64,000 nt of DNA from Podarcis filfolensis (taxonomy: Eukaryota): the NCBI GenBank assembly GCA_964270895.1, contig OZ185440.1; one strand, written 5' to 3'. The notes beneath the pieces were generated by a model, which was not told the DNA's origin, did no database searches, and saw only the letters and a list, made by a program, of their open reading frames with translations. Both the position numbers and the translations under genes were made by a program. Of this stretch, positions 11,341 through 23,000 are shown one piece after another; position 1 is the first letter of the stretch, and the number at the start of each line of letters is the position of its first letter.

Positions 11341-13356
11341 GCCTATAAAGCAGAAGACCTCTCAGAGCTATGCTTTCTAGCCATGGGACAAGTAGAAGTG
11401 TGGATGAGCCCTTATTCAATTTAGACAAAAGTAAAAAGGATGGGCAGATAAATGACTAGTTTATTTTCAACTCCCCATCGCTTTGTAGAAGAATAGTGCT
11501 AGAATAGTACATTAGGCTGCCATGATTTGGACATCTACAACATCATGTAGATTCAGTGTTAAAAAGTGAATGAATGACAGTTCCGGGGAGAAAGGGCTAT
11601 TATAGAAACAAGCTTAGTTGGAGGATGCTGAACAGCATCTGTGGAAGGGGGGTGTATCCCAAAACATAACTGAAACAACAAAATCACTCCCAAAATCTCT
11701 CATTCCCAACTCCTTCCTTCTAGCGACTGGATATGACAGAACCTGGTCACGAAAGTGTAGGGAAGGAAACTCTCCTCGTCCAGTCCCCATTGAAGTCTCA
11801 AGGCAAAGCTCCTCACCTTCCCCTAACACCGAGGTCGGTCACCTGCACAAGCTTTTACAATATCTCCTAAATGGGAATGCCACCTTGTGGGAAGATATTT
11901 GGAGTCCACATTACAGATTAGAAGCAAATGTACTGTGTACCTAAAATGTTATCTGAAAAGGCAACTAGATTATCCAGGTCTGCTGTGTTTTGGCCATTAA
12001 GCAGGAAAAGACACTCTGTGCATGTTCAGAGACACATGTACTCCTGGGGCATGGAACAGTGAGCCTCTTTGAGTGCTTCAATGGAACATCTAGTTCCAAA
12101 AATTTTCCATTATTAAATTAAGTACTGGGGTGGGGGGGTGGGGGGAAGCATCAGCACAGAACATGTGTTTGCCTGCCAACTGGAGTTTTCTCATCACTGA
12201 GCAACCACCCCCACCCCCATGTTTCTGGAATTAGGAAACCAGATTTCCAGTCATGCATAAGCCTTGTGCCCCTTTTCTTAGAAATTAACCACTAGATGCA
12301 CCCAAAGGTGGACACCCTCTCACTAGAAGCAGGAAATCCTCAAGGACAATGTGATTAGCTGATGAGTAGGTAGCAGATGAGCCTTGCAAAATACAAACAG
12401 GTATGTAACTTGAGATGTCAGTAGCAGCCACCCTTGGAGGCCTGTGGCCCAAAACAGCATTTGCAGAGCTGTTAATTGATGGTTTGGAAGGAACCTATGT
12501 TAGGGTTTGTAATGTTAAGGTGGCCCCTGCTCCAGTGCCAGCCCTGTAGGGTAGCTTAGTAGCATCAGACATCCTGTAATTTTGTTCTCTCACTTATGGC
12601 TAGGTGTTGTTCTCTCACTTATGGCTAGGTATGGCTACAGCCTTACAGTAGAGTGGTCTCCTCCAGAGTAGGGGAACAGCCAGCTAAATTCCATCTAAAT
12701 CTCCTGCTTGGCAACTTCAGTCCGCCTCCCATCTGCTCTCTCAGGCACTTCAACAATTAGCAGCCTAGCTCCAAGCAGCCTAAACCACATGGGAGGTTAA
12801 GCAACCCTTGAGTCTGTTCAGAAACCAGTACAGCCCAGTACAACCCACTTCATTGCTATTCAGCAGCTCTGACAGAAACATGTACTGTGGCCTGCTAAGG
12901 GTTTTCTAACCCTTTAGAAAGGATTAGATGAGATTCAGGTGACAGCCTGTTTAGCCACACTATTTCTATCAAGGTAAATTCTCAATATATATACCCTTTC
13001 TTTGCCTATGTCACATGTAGGTTAGACCAGATTTATTTCTCCCAGTTTTGCTCCTTTGTTCTGCTAGGAATCTGACTTTCCTGTATGTTATATAACCACA
13101 GTTTCTCTGTATCTGCCTAATAAGCCTTATAATGTTGCCTCCACAATTTGCTTTCTAACTCTTTTCTAATTCTTCCAGCAGTAATTTGCTTCTATTTCTC
13201 TGTAGAATGAATGAGGGAGAGAGAGAACAACATGGCTCAGTTTATTGAAATAGTGTATGTTGGGACATGCTAATATGCCATGAGGAATAATATAATGAAA
13301 TAATTAACAGTCTTTCAAGAGCCCACCTGCTGCAAATTTGAACCCTTACTCTACCC

Positions 13357-13610
13357 CAGGGGTCAGCAACCTTTTTCAGCCGTGGGCCGGTCCACCGTCC
13401 CTCAGACCATGTGGTGGGCTGGTCTATATTTTTTTGGGGGGGGGGGGTGAACGAATTCCTATGCCCCACAAATAACCCAGAGATGCATTTTAAATAAAAG
13501 GACACATTCTACTCATGTAAAAACACGCTGATTCCCAGACCGCCTGTGGGCCGGATTGAGAAGGTGATTGGGCCGCATCCGGCCCACGGACCTTAGGTTG
13601 CCTACCCCTG
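13357..13610. mobile_element. hAT-like MITE
   Basis: Ends CAGGGGTCAGCAACC / GGTTGCCTACCCCTG with subterminal GGGCCG motifs. Confidence 0.7.
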
Positions 13611-15134
13611 CCTCTGTATGAGTCTCACTGCTTCTTCTGGGTTTACCCCTAGATGGGGTTCAGGCTTAATCAGCTCATGAGCACACAATAATAATTACTA
13701 CTTTAGTCTGACACAGCAATGGAAATGGCAACTGAAACATGTTAGGTGCTTTACCAGTACTTAACATTTCTACTGCCTTTACAACTCTGAGGAGGATGTC
13801 GGGGTTGAAGTGAAAAAACCTTGGTGAGTCAGGCATCTGTGGACAAATGGCATGCAAAGTGTTGAATCAAACGCTGCTGCTCTTGCAGCTGCTGACAATA
13901 GGCTAGATGATGTGGAAATGAGCTTTCCCTGTCATGCAAGCCCCAACTGTTGATCTTCTATGCTAGGCTATTTGCCCACACAGGTTAGCAGTCATATGGT
14001 TGTATATATAACAGAGCTTCCCACATGTGAACGGATCTGTCACAAAGACGCCAGCTAGTGTCTCTCCAAGGCACGCGCACTCTCACACAGGAATAGTTCA
14101 CAGAGCAATTTTTAGCACACTCAGCCATAAAAGCAAGATCAGATCTGAACAAGTGATCCTTGAGAATGCACACACCTTAAGCACACGTGTGAATGACTAT
14201 ATAAATAGTATTCCCTTGAACGTTCATGAAACCTCCCTCCCTTTTGCACGCTCACACACACACAGCATTTGTGCCTCGTGTCTGTAATCAGTGCTGTGCT
14301 ATCATCAGCAGTTGCTCCTGGAAGAGACTGTTTAGTTTCAGTGCTTATTTTCAATGATGGCCAGAAAGGAAAGAACAGAAGAAGAACACACAAGTTATTG
14401 GGAACAAACATTACCATTTCAGATCAGGTGCTTTGGTTTTTTTCTAGTTCACCAGTGGAGAGGGGGGAGAGAGAAAGGAAAGCGCCACACATTTACCTCC
14501 AATACAAACCCACATTTGTATTCACATTCTTCTTCAATCCCCTACATTTCACCTCCCCACTTTGCTATTCTCTTGAATTCCAGGCACTCAGTTCAGAACA
14601 GGGGACTTTTAACTGCAGTATTTACAGCCTCCCCCACCCAATTTCACATGACCCAAGGGCTCACACGCAGGTTATATAGGAGGTGACAATCTGAAGGCTC
14701 TATATCCAAATGACCTATGAGATTAGCTAAATTGAAGAGGGCTGAAAGCAAAGTATCAGTGGAGGCTCCTCTGTTGGGCACTTTTGCTATCAATCCATCA
14801 GTTCCTGGGAGCACAGAACTGAAACATTTCGACTGGAGACGTGTCCACATTTCCAGTGACTGAGAGGCTCCTGGGTGCTTCAGCCCATCTCCTCTGCTTA
14901 GCCAATCAATGTACTGCACTTTTCCGTGTATAAGACTAGGGGTTTTTTTTACTAAAAAATAATGATAAAAAGGGGGGTGGTTGGCTTATACACTGGGCAA
15001 TCTCCCCCCATTTTCTTAATTTTGAGTCCCCCCAAATAGGGGGTGTCTTATATTCCATGTTATACATGGAAAAATATGGTAATCACTATCAGCAGGTCCC
15101 TCCCTGGTCATTTCCCCTAGAAATGACTTGATTA

Positions 15135-15351
15135 CCGTATTGGCCCGAATATAAGATGCACCCGCAAATAAGCCACACTCTGAAAATTGAGGGGGGGGGG
15201 AGAAAAAACACACAATACCAGGGCTGCTTCCTGGGGGGGGGGGGACTGCACTGCTTTGCCAGCAGCATAAGGTGGTGAATATAAGCCACACTTTAACTTT
15301 TCACTGCCAGAATTTGGGGGGAAAGTGTGGCTTATATTTGGGCCAATACGG
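15135..15351. mobile_element. Tc1/mariner-type MITE
   Basis: TIR CCGTATTGGCCCGAATATAAG / CTTATATTTGGGCCAATACGG, TA on both sides. Confidence 0.8.
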
Positions 15352-17269
15352 TAGGTGGTGGATTCTATTATCCTTTTCCTCCCTGTTTTTCTTTGCAAGA
15401 AGCCTTGGAGGAATTAAGCAAGCTGGAACAATAGAAGCAGTGGGTGGGAGTGAGGTGCCCACCATGTCAATCTGCCAACCCGAGCCATGCATTCTTCCCG
15501 TGGGTGTTCATCTTTCTAAACCTGCATTGTGTGTGAGGGGCAGAGACAGAAATAAATTTTCCTCACAGTTAGATTGGAAAAGAAAAAGTGTTTTATATGT
15601 GTTGTATATGTGATGTAACACTGTAACAGCAGATGGCGCTGTGGAGTCCCACCATTCCCAACCGGATTTCCCTGTATGAGTTACAACGTGTTTAACTGAA
15701 ACTCTTCTTGGATGTCTAGAGCAGCTTCCGTAGGAGAAACAAGGGAGCCAAGCCTGCAGCAGTAGGAGCAGTGTGTGTAGGTCAGCCTTTGTTTCTCTGC
15801 TAGAATCCTTAATTTCTCTCCATTCTGCCTTCTTCCAGGAAGCCTGCTCAGGTCCTCCCTCCCACTTTCTTTGGATCTTTCTCTCTGATAGCATTTCCAC
15901 TCCCCTCAATTTTCAAACACCACAGCTCAGGCTAAAAAGCCCACCTCAGATTCTTTCCATGTTGTCTTGGGTTAAAGTTTACCCCTCCCTCATAGAGTTG
16001 CAATGCCCAGCACCCTCACCAAACCACAGCTGCCAGTTATTCCTTGGGGAAAGCTGTATGTTTTGTGTATGGTGTGAATGTGATGTGACACTGCCAACTA
16101 CAAACCACACTCTCAGTTTCCTCAGATAGACATATCCTGTATGCTTTTTTATTCCCAATCCTCTTCTGTCTGATTTGGATCATTATATGAGCAGCCATTG
16201 GTCATATCCCTGTCCCATTCACTTTATTTGTTCAGTTGAAATATTCTGTGTTTGTTTTGGTTTTAGTATGTATTGTGTATAAAATAAACAAGCAAATGGC
16301 ACTCTGATGAGAGGAACTTTATAGCTAAAACTCTCCCGGGCAGCATTAACAACCATAGGAGCTGTGTCCTTCATGGAAGCAGTAACGAAACAGTCATCTT
16401 GTTCTCTGATACATTCAAGCCTCACTTAAAGGACACACTCATCTCTTCTGGCCCCTTTTCTCTGGCTCATCTTGTTCCTCGTATACCTTTCCCTGCAAAT
16501 GACAGCCACTCTCCACAGCTGTTTCCTGCTTGCCTTTCTCCCTGCCTCCCACTCCAGCAGGATTTCACTGCCTCTGAGCCACATCTGTCACTGTGTCAGA
16601 AGGAGCGCCTTTGTTATGTGTTTGCTGGTTCAACACAGCTTCCCGTAGTTCTCAGGGAAGGTGTATCCCCTCCCCCGCACCCTCAGCTGTAGTGGAAATG
16701 CCATGCAAGCCTCAAGTGGAAGTGGGAGACACCTGCGGCGGGGGGGGGGGGACACAGCACCTTTGCCCTCCTCCAGCCCATCCATCACTGCATCACAGGG
16801 TTGTTGCTGTTTTTGAAAAAGAGCAAATGAGTTTCCTTACTGGAAATGCCACACAGCTGTGGAGCTGTGCCCTGCACAGGGCAGCAGAATGAGGCAGTCG
16901 TTCAGGGTTGGTAGAAGTGGCTGAACTGCCACAGGGTGGGGAAGTCCAGGACTGAGGTATCACCCCTTGCCTGACTTCATCCACTGCAATACCACACTTT
17001 CTTCAAAGCTTGAGGCAGCTGTCAAAATATAAAATCAGTTAATAAAACACAAAAAATAAATAGGCACAGCTGAGAGAGGATGGGGGGGGGGAGTAGCATG
17101 ATGCTCCAAAAGCCAATCTAAAAAATGTGAGTTTTATACCTTCAACAGGGAAGTGCCCCAATTCACACCTAATTCTACAGCTTTGGAGCTCCACATGGGG
17201 GAGGGAGAGGCAAGCGGATCCCCAAGGTAGTTATTTTGATTATTTGAAGGAAAGGCACTATTCACATGC

Positions 17270-17490
17270 AAATGGTTGTTGGCATCCATCTGTCTCGGGA
17301 GACCATGGTGGAGTGTGCCTTCGAGGGTGAAGTCAAACTATTGCATTAGCACTGAAGTGACTTCCCTGGGGTGCAAGCCTGGGCAGTGTGCTGTGGCTGA
17401 TACAGGAGAGACATGTTTTATTGCAGCTGGGGCAGATGAAGGTACCTTGTTTCACTACAACAGTCACATCATGGCATTTCTTCTCTCTGC
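17270..17490 (-). mobile_element. RTE-clade LINE 3' fragment
   Basis: Reverse-complement similarity to 52770-52990 (GAGACATGTTTT...GCAGCTGGGGCAGATGAAGG). Confidence 0.6.
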
Positions 17491-17843
17491 ACTCCTCCAG
17501 AAGAAGCCACTGAGGGTAGGAGAATTATCTGCCTTATTGGCTATCAGTAATGAGTAATTGAGCTATGGATGAAAGTACAAGCTGCAGTGCTGTGCCAGGC
17601 AAGGAATCTCTGGACTGGCTTATGCAAACCAGCCTGGCTGGCAAATATGCTAAGGTGGCAAAGGGGATTGATGGGCCATCTGAGAGAAATCCTCTGGCCT
17701 GGGAAGACAGATGTTGCCAAGGTGATGGGGTGTGTGAAGTGATGGGAAAAGAGAATTTTTAGCAACATGTTCTGAGAAGAAGAATGGGAGGGGGAAAAGA
17801 CTGGAATCCATATTAGGTAGGCTGGCTGAAGGCAGGCTAGGAA

Positions 17844-17956
17844 CATAGCTGTCAACTTTTCTCTTTTCTTGTGAGGAATCCTATTCAGAATAAGGGAATT
17901 TCCTATTTCAGAATAAGGGAATTTCCCTTTAAAAAAGGGAAACCTTGTCAGCTATG
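17844..17956. mobile_element. Small hairpin MITE with duplicated NF-kB consensus site
   Basis: TIR CATAGCTGTCAA / TTGTCAGCTATG; GGGAATTTCC at 17894-17903 and 17917-17926 created by an internal tandem duplication. Confidence 0.75.
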
Positions 17957-19860
17957 GCTGGGAGAGAGGCCTTGAACTGCATGGCTGCCCTGATGCAGGG
18001 TACAAGCTCCTCTTGAAATGGCCACGCTGTGAGATCTCGACTCCTCCCATGCAGACTGAAGGTGTAAATAGGTGAGTAAGCCATATTTCTTAAAGCTACG
18101 ACAGTCTCTGCTGTCTCTTATTCCTCCAAAGGAACACAGAAATGGATCATGCCTATTTCAGAGTAACATTCCTGATATAAAAATTACCCCACCTCTTCAT
18201 CCATCAACCCAGTTCCTTACAGTCATGTAGCCCTTAAAATGGGTTGGTTGATGCCATCCTGAGGGATTAAACTAGGTATGCTTTTTAGATATAAATACAG
18301 TGCTATTTTTCTAGAAAAAGAGGTGCCGGAACTCACATGAACTAGGTTACATTCTAAATAGTGCACAGTAGATACGCATACAGACAACTTATTGGGAAGG
18401 TACAGTGATCACCCATAATGTTTTGTAAATGCTGGGCAGATGGCAAATGGATTACAGATTTCATGGGGCAGGGATGGGGAACCCGTGGCCCTTCAGATAT
18501 TCCTGAACGACAATCCTGGTTGTCCCTAGGCATTGGTCATGGTGGATGGGCCGATGGGAGCTAGAGTCCAGCAACATCTGGAGAACTCGAATCTCCATCT
18601 CTGTCCTAGGTAAAAAATGCTCATTATTATCCCTCCGGGGAAAGGTTGAAGGGGAGAGTGGAAGAAAATTTACCAGTCAGGTGTGCCAAGGTTGCCTGAG
18701 TAGGATTTTATTTCTTTAGCTGGAACATGACATGTTTCAACACACACATGGAGGATGTTGGATAATTAATGCTTTTCCTACCCGGGAAGATGGGAGAAAA
18801 AGATGTGAACTGGGAGATATTTCCCCTCTCCTCAAAGCAGACATGGCCCATGGGGGGGTGGGGTGTCCATCCTGTGTACCTACCTGCAAGATGCTTGCGG
18901 TGTGTGACAGGAAAGATGCTCTGCTGTGGAAATTCTAGGTCAGAAGTGAGGGAGCTATGGCCGCCAGATGTTGGGCTCCACCGACCATCAGCCCCTAGCT
19001 GCATGACCTGTGGCAGTAAACATCTGGAGGGCTACCACTTCCCCATTTCCTGTTGGACCAGAGAACATTTAAAAAATAAATACTACATATAAATAAAAGC
19101 ATTTTATCATTGGGCTTTATCCACAGTCACATATTTAAGAATTCACAGTGCAGCTCCCAGGACTGCACTAAACCTGCACAATATGGACACCAACTTTCTC
19201 TGGCATCGTGGTCTGAAGCAGGTTCACTTGGAACACAGTCCTGCCACTTTTAATGAAACTTGTTTCTTGCTGGGCAGGCTTGGAACCATCACATATAAAG
19301 TACAGCAAACAGCATTCGTGACTATTTTTTTCACCATACACTAGGGCTGGATTTAGGTCCTTTATATGTCCAGCTGTCCTTTGTCAACAACAAATTGTCA
19401 CTGTTTTTTGTGTTGAATATATGCTATATGGTAATTTATGGACCTAATAGGTATCTAAAGCCATTTTATTAGTTTTTTATCTTATATTTTGGAAATGTAC
19501 ATCCAGTTTTTTCCCCTTTTAATTTTTTGGGGGCCCCCAAGAGAGTGGGGCCCCAAGCTATAGCTTGTTTAGTTTATACATAAATCCGGCACTGCCATAC
19601 ACTCAGTACTGAAGTGTTTATTTAATTGTGAACCTAGTCACAAAATGCGTTCCCTGAGTCTCTCTGTATGCCCTTCAAATCAACAAATGCTAAGGCACCA
19701 CAGCAACAGAAGAAGGCATATTTTACAATGCAGAATTGGTCTGCTTGTTCTCCTGCCGGGAACTGTTCATGACTGCGCCGCTCAAGGACAGTTCCAGTTC
19801 TTCTTGTCTGGCGGCAGGAGCTGTGCACTTGATTCCCGCTCCCTCCCATTTCCCATCAGA

Positions 19861-19867
19861 TATAAAA
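19861..19867 (+). promoter_or_regulatory. RGS16: TATA box of RGS16
   Basis: TATAAAA 124 nt upstream of the ATG; reverse CCAAT (ATTGG) near 19735. Confidence 0.7.
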
Positions 19868-19984
19868 GCTCCGCTTCCGGACACCGGCACACAGAGCGCT
19901 AAACAGCAAAAGGTGCTGCTGGAGCTGCCCGCTGCTTCTCTTTTCTGCACAGCTTTAGGCAAAGCGTCTGTCTGCTTCCTCACC

Positions 19985-20028
19985 ATGTGTCGGGGGTTAG
20001 CTTCCCTTCCTACAAGCTGCTTGGAAAG
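19985..20028 (+). CDS. RGS16: RGS16 coding exon 1
   Basis: CACC-ATG Kozak; [14 protein letters not shown](R); donor AG|gtaaga. Confidence 0.93.
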
Positions 20029-23000
20029 GTAAGAGGCTGGAAAATATTTGGGGCTCTTAGCAAACAACTGCTGAGTTGATAAAACAGGAGTGTGCTTTGC
20101 TTCAACATCTGTACTGATCGGGGTAACATTTGTGTACAACCATAGCTCAAACTCCTATAGTATCTTCTAAAGAATGGAAAAACTTTTGTTAGTTAGATGA
20201 GCAAGATCTATCACTGGCAAGGGCAGGAAGTGCGGGGGGGGGGATAATTCAAACAAACAAACAAACAAAATAACTGCATTTATCCTGAATTTCTGTTACT
20301 CTTGTTGAGGGATGCTTCCTGGTCCGTACATACTTTTGCTTTCACTTAAAAGGAAGGCTTTTAAATGTTATAATGAAATCTTTTTCTCCAAATGATCACC
20401 TGTTTTTGCAATGCGGTTCTACAAGCCACTTCTGCAAGCAGCACTCTGCACAATTAGCATTCCTGCCACACACCACCCAGAGGGGGGTGAGCTAAGAATA
20501 GAAAGTCATCTACAAACTGTCGCAGTGATGCACCAAACCGGCAGGCACCTCGGTGTGGCTGGTTGCAGACGCACTACAGCAGGCAGGCAGCTGTCATAAG
20601 AAATCTAAAAACGGGAGACCGTGTCCGCATTGTTATGGCTAGTGCAGCAGCAAGTAAATCTGGGTCACTGAGAAGTGGTGCAAAGGAAGTTCAGGAGAGA
20701 TGGTATGGAAGAAACTCAGCTTCATGCTGTTTTGAAGAAGGAATGTGACTGTTGTCATTCGTAGTATTAATTTCTCTACCGTTATTGATGTAACATTTTA
20801 CTTAACCGAATAATAGTGTTCACAGTTTATATTTTGACACTGGGGGAGACAACAAGAGGGGGAGGAAACAAAGAGAAATCATAAATAGGATGTTTTTCTT
20901 GAGCTTAGTTTCAGCTGAGCATGACAACAGAGGGACCGTACAGTGTTGAATGTCTACCTGAAAAGCAGCGTAGTGAGCAGTTTCAGTTGTGACCTTCTTG
21001 AGGCAGGGACCTATCCTTTCCCCTAGTAATTGTAGAAACTCTGGCTTACTGTATTATCCACCCAAGTGAGGCAGACATATCAGTCCTTTTAATAGCAAAG
21101 AAAGAATAATACTATTGCGGGCATGCTCTTCCTGGATTCTATACTTTGTCCAAGAATGTGGGGTTGTTGTTTTATACCTGTGAACAAACACTCCTTCCTG
21201 GAAAGCTTGAGGCATGCAAATAGAGACCTCTTTATGCACTGGTGACGGTGTTCATTCCCCCACCCCACCATCATCTATGGTCAAGCTGTTGTGGTGCTTT
21301 AAAGAGTCAGAGACAGTGGCAGAGGAAAAAGAGTGAATGTGTTAAATCTCTGGACCTTAAATATTCCAGTTCTCTGACATAGAGCTGTGAGGAATAAGAG
21401 AGACTATCAGAGGATGCCTGAGCAGGAAGAGCAATCTTGCAGGGAAACATAAGAGTAGAGGAAGAGACTAAAAGGACAGCAGATGCTCCAAGCGGAAATG
21501 ATTTGGTCTTTACAAAAAGTGGTTAACAAACAGTTCCATCTGCATGTTGTGATATTCCAGTCCTTTTTGCATCTGAAGAGCAGGTGCCACATAACAAAAT
21601 GTACCAAACAAGTGAAGAAACTGTGTCCATCAAAAATGGAGATCTTATGTTGCACTTGCGTCCCACTTGAGAGCTCCCCTGGGGCATCTGGTTGGCCACT
21701 GTGCAAACAGAATTTTGGTTCATTTGTGTAATCTTCGGATCACTTGTTGGAGCCATAGCTGGGCACCATATGTGACAATCATGACAGACTTTCCAAGAGT
21801 CCCCTGGATGATGCCAGGGATGAAGAGAAGCTGTTACAAGAGGTTCCAGTTTATTAAACAGGAAGGGCACTAGTGAATCCTTAATGTTGTAAAGGTTACA
21901 CAGTTCAGATATTAACCACTGAATCTGAAGACTAAAAATAAGCTAGCTTTGCTGCCAGCTAGATCCCATTGTCCATAAAAGTGGGAACTCGGTGGGAAAT
22001 AAAAATCTTTTTTTTTTAAAGGGGAACTCAGGGAAAGTTGTGTAGCCATGAAAGCATGATTAACACACAGAGCCCACAAGCACAAGAAATACAATACACA
22101 ATTGCTGTATTAGAGGCCTGGAATCAGTACAGCAGTCATTGAAGGACCACATGGCCACCCATCTGTCAAAGATGATTAAATTACTTGCATGTGTAATCCT
22201 GCCTTGCCTTCTGCATTAATGGGAATTACAGCTTGATTAGGAATTCTACATTACTGAAATGCTTGCATGCCCTCACACAACAGAAATTAGTACTGTTTCT
22301 CTCTCCCCATCATATGTCTCCTACATTTATTTGAACAAACATGCAACAACTCTTCTCTCCAGCCAGGGGCATAGGAAGGGGGGCGGTGGGGGTGGTCTGT
22401 ACCGGGTGCCCTCACTGAGGGGGGTGACATTCAGATCCCAAGTTGGGGTAAGGGGAGGAGCTGCACCGCCTTGCCGGCGGCACCCCCCCTTTGCCCTTTG
22501 TTTTGACAGCTTGGGGGAGGCTTGGGAGTCGCGGGCAGCAGCGCGCCAAATGTCCGCCATGGGTGGCTCACTCCGCCCCGTGAACAGCTCGCTCCGCCCC
22601 TGGCTGCAGGGCACACACACTGCTCTGGGCACCCAAGCGGTTGTCCCGCGCCTGGGAGGGCCCCCTCCGCGCCATGCCCCCCTCAGGAGCGCGCCTGCCC
22701 TGGGCAGCAAGGATATATGCTCCGCTGCTGTCTCCAGCCCCCAATGTATAGCTCTGCAAATTCACACCAGAAGTGAACAGCCAGTTTGGAACCAGACAGA
22801 TGGTGGTTCTCACTTGAAGCAGCTCTCTTCTTTTGAAGGAACACACACTGCTGCCCCCTCGTGGCCACTTCTTGTTTTACCTTAAAATTCATTTTGACAT
22901 TCTTCCATTCCTCTCATTCTGCAGAGCAAAGGAATTCAAGACCCGCTTGGGGATCCTGCTTCATAAACCAGATCTGGGATATAAAATTGGAAGCCTGAGC

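Noticed and set aside
22259-22885. 208-aa GC-rich ORF in RGS16 intron 1
   Set aside because: Lies over a GC-rich non-autonomous repeat; low-complexity translation with no recognisable domain.
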